The position numbers were made by a program, and so were the translations under genes. From NCBI GenBank assembly GCA_038523235.1, contig JBCBJQ010000068.1, positions 1 to 30,694 of the forward strand: a stretch of DNA of 30,694 nt. The letters are read 5' to 3'. Source of the stretch: Cyanobacteria bacterium J06626_4 (GTDB lineage: Bacteria > Cyanobacteriota > Cyanobacteriia > Phormidesmidales > Phormidesmidaceae). Each line of letters opens with the position of its first letter. Position 1 is the stretch's first letter. Below the pieces are notes generated by a model, which was given only the letters and a program-made list of their open reading frames with translations, was not told the DNA's origin and did no database searches. This document shows, piece by piece, positions 29,200-30,694 of this stretch.

Positions 29200-29220
29200 A
29201 TGTTGAATATGTAGTTATGT
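29200..29220 (+). other. attI-like recombination site
   Basis: TGTTGAATATGTA-GTTATGT about 150 bp upstream of the intI start. The GTT core marks the cassette boundary, with no attC hairpin before it. Confidence 0.6.
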
Positions 29221-29236
29221 GGCATGCGACACTCTC

Positions 29237-29668
29237 ATGGAATTGCGAATTGCGGCAAAGACGGATGCAGATGCGATCATCGCTTTCGATCACGTCGCGG
29301 CATCTGACCCGGCACGCATCCAGTTCATCCACGACCAGATCAAATCGGGCGCGTGTTACATCGCCGTCATCGACACCAACGTCGTGGCCTACGCCGTCCT
29401 GAACTACAAGTTCTACGACAACGGTTGGATCGAAATGCTCTATGTCCACCCGCGATTCCACCGTCAAGGCATCGGCTCTGCGTTGATCCGTCACTTGATG
29501 AATGAATGCCGCACCCCCAAACTATTCACATCGACGAATCAATCCAACGTCCCGATGCAGCGACTGCTGGCAACGCTGGGATTTGATCGAAGTGGCTTCA
29601 TCGAAAACCTTGACGAGGGCGATCCGGAATGGGTGTATTTCAAACGCTTGCGCGATCATGTCACATAA
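29237..29668 (+). CDS. GNAT family N-acetyltransferase (first integron cassette)
   Basis: LYVHPRFHRQGIGSAL, KLFTSTNQSNVPMQRLL, ENLDEGDPE. Stop TAA lies inside the attC R'' box. Confidence 0.93.
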   Translation: MELRIAAKTDADAIIAFDHVAASDPARIQFIHDQIKSGACYIAVIDTNVVAYAVLNYKFYDNGWIEMLYVHPRFHRQGIGSALIRHLMNECRTPKLFTSTNQSNVPMQRLLATLGFDRSGFIENLDEGDPEWVYFKRLRDHVT

Positions 29669-29752
29669 CAAACGGATGCACCGGAACCGCCGATCCGGCC
29701 GGATTCAAGTGGAACATCAAACGAGGCGGCCCGGTGATGCTGGTCGTTAGCC
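29663..29752 (+). other. Intact attC site (90 bp)
   Basis: R'' ACATAAC, 5-nt spacer, GATGCACCGG pairing with CCGGTGATG with one extrahelical G, inner CCGCC/GGCGG stem, 5-nt spacer, R' GTTAGCC. Confidence 0.88.
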
Positions 29753-29756
29753 TGCT

Positions 29757-30431
29757 TTATTCCTTAAATGAGGATATCTGGGCAATCATTTCAGCACGAG
29801 ATGAAACTTTTAACTTACGAAACATCCGCTTCAGAGCTTGCCTCACCGAGTTTTCTGTAATCCAGAGTGTGGCACCAATTTCTCTGCTGGTTAATCCTTG
29901 GGCAACCAGTTTTGCAATTTGGGTTTCGCGGGGTGTGAGTCGCGTATGATTCACCACAGTGATCGCAGTAGGTTGTGATCGCAACTCTGCTAGTTGGGTA
30001 GATAGGTGTAGGCAAAGGGCGCTTAGGTCTGCCAGATTCTGAGCATCGAAGGCAGGATGATCCCGATGACGAGTAAAGGCAACACCGCCAACAAGCAGAC
30101 TCTTGTGAACAATTGGTCCAACCATCACATGACCATGATCGGCACAAGGACAAATCGTCTGCCAAACCCCTGGTGGCAGAATAACCCCTTCATGCACCGG
30201 AGCATGGCGGTCTACCAAGTAACGCAAGATCGGATTGTGGTCGAGCGACAGAGCCAATTTGATGATGTCTGAGGTGTTGGCATTGATCGCGGGAAACTCG
30301 TCTAGAAAGCTGAGTCCACAATGGACAGCGGTGAAGTATTCACCAACTCGGGCTATCGTGGACTGTCGCAGTTCTCGCTCATTCTGAGCCTGAGCAATTA
30401 CTTGGAACAGAGATTGCAATGGGTTTGCCAT
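29757..30431 (-). CDS. GAF-like + LuxR HTH transcriptional regulator
   Basis: LTPRETQIAKLVAQGLTSREIGATLWITENSVRQALKRMFRKLKVSSRAEM C-terminal HTH. N-terminal HNPILRYLVDRHAPVHE...DHGHVMVGPIV sensor region. Confidence 0.92.
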   Translation of the reverse strand: MANPLQSLFQVIAQAQNERELRQSTIARVGEYFTAVHCGLSFLDEFPAINANTSDIIKLALSLDHNPILRYLVDRHAPVHEGVILPPGVWQTICPCADHGHVMVGPIVHKSLLVGGVAFTRHRDHPAFDAQNLADLSALCLHLSTQLAELRSQPTAITVVNHTRLTPRETQIAKLVAQGLTSREIGATLWITENSVRQALKRMFRKLKVSSRAEMIAQISSFKE

Positions 30432-30682
30432 GATTCTCACCCTATCTGCGGCTCAGTTATAGGCTAAGCAGTAAATGTTGTCAAAAGATGGCTCGTCACA
30501 TTTTGGTTATAACTGAGCAGCCGTTTATGCCAGTTAGGCAGCGCAGCAAAGTGTACCCATTTGAGGTCTATTCAAGGATAGTAAGTTGCTTTTAGTCTGA
30601 TTGTGATCACAGTTAGTGTTATCGACAAATCGATTAACAGAAGCTTTTGTAATCCAATAGAAACACGGAAGGACCGACAAAA

Positions 30683-30694
30683 ATGACTACTTAC
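30683..30694 (+). CDS. Probable start of a gene running off the window (MTTY...)
   Basis: ATG with AAGGA SD upstream, divergent from the LuxR gene. Only 4 codons are visible. Confidence 0.35.

Larger units (their letters stand above)
25045..29752 (+). mobile_element. Degenerate integron / gene-cassette array
   Basis: intI stump, attI-like site, one intact attC and three partial attC-like sites, and short functionally unrelated genes of heterogeneous composition. Confidence 0.8.

Noticed and set aside
29000..29200. 66-aa plus-strand ORF
   Set aside because: Antisense to the intI stump and its promoter region; no protein motif.
28973..29494. 173-aa minus-strand ORF in the track
   Set aside because: Mostly antisense to the GNAT cassette and attI. 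Only the last 29 codons (the intI stump) are meaningful.

Overview
Cyanobacterial chromosomal DNA, judged from dense HIP1 GCGATCGC octamers and from ftn2, DUF3038/DUF4335 and Uma2 genes. The left 25 kb is mostly core or ameliorated genes: a stand-alone LRR protein, a TetR-controlled hydrolase/flavin amine oxidase cluster, a membrane protein, pdhBA, ftn2, DUF3038, DUF4335, Uma2, a PlsC-like acyltransferase, DUF262+HNH, a flippase and a Dpp/Opp peptide ABC transporter. The most notable region is 25.03-29.75 kb, between dppC and a GAF-LuxR regulator, which reads as a decaying integron. It holds a 25-codon N-terminal stump of an integron integrase (minus strand, 28973-29062) and a divergent attI-like site. 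One cleanly bounded GNAT cassette follows with an intact 90-bp attC. Several more cassette-like genes (small ORF, frameshifted DUF6210-like, GNAT, MOSC, ArsR + hydrolase) with eroded attC sites lie on the non-canonical side of intI. An 80-bp HIP1-containing direct repeat brackets one module and coincides with the intI truncation point. All family assignments are motif recognition by eye; no database searches were run.
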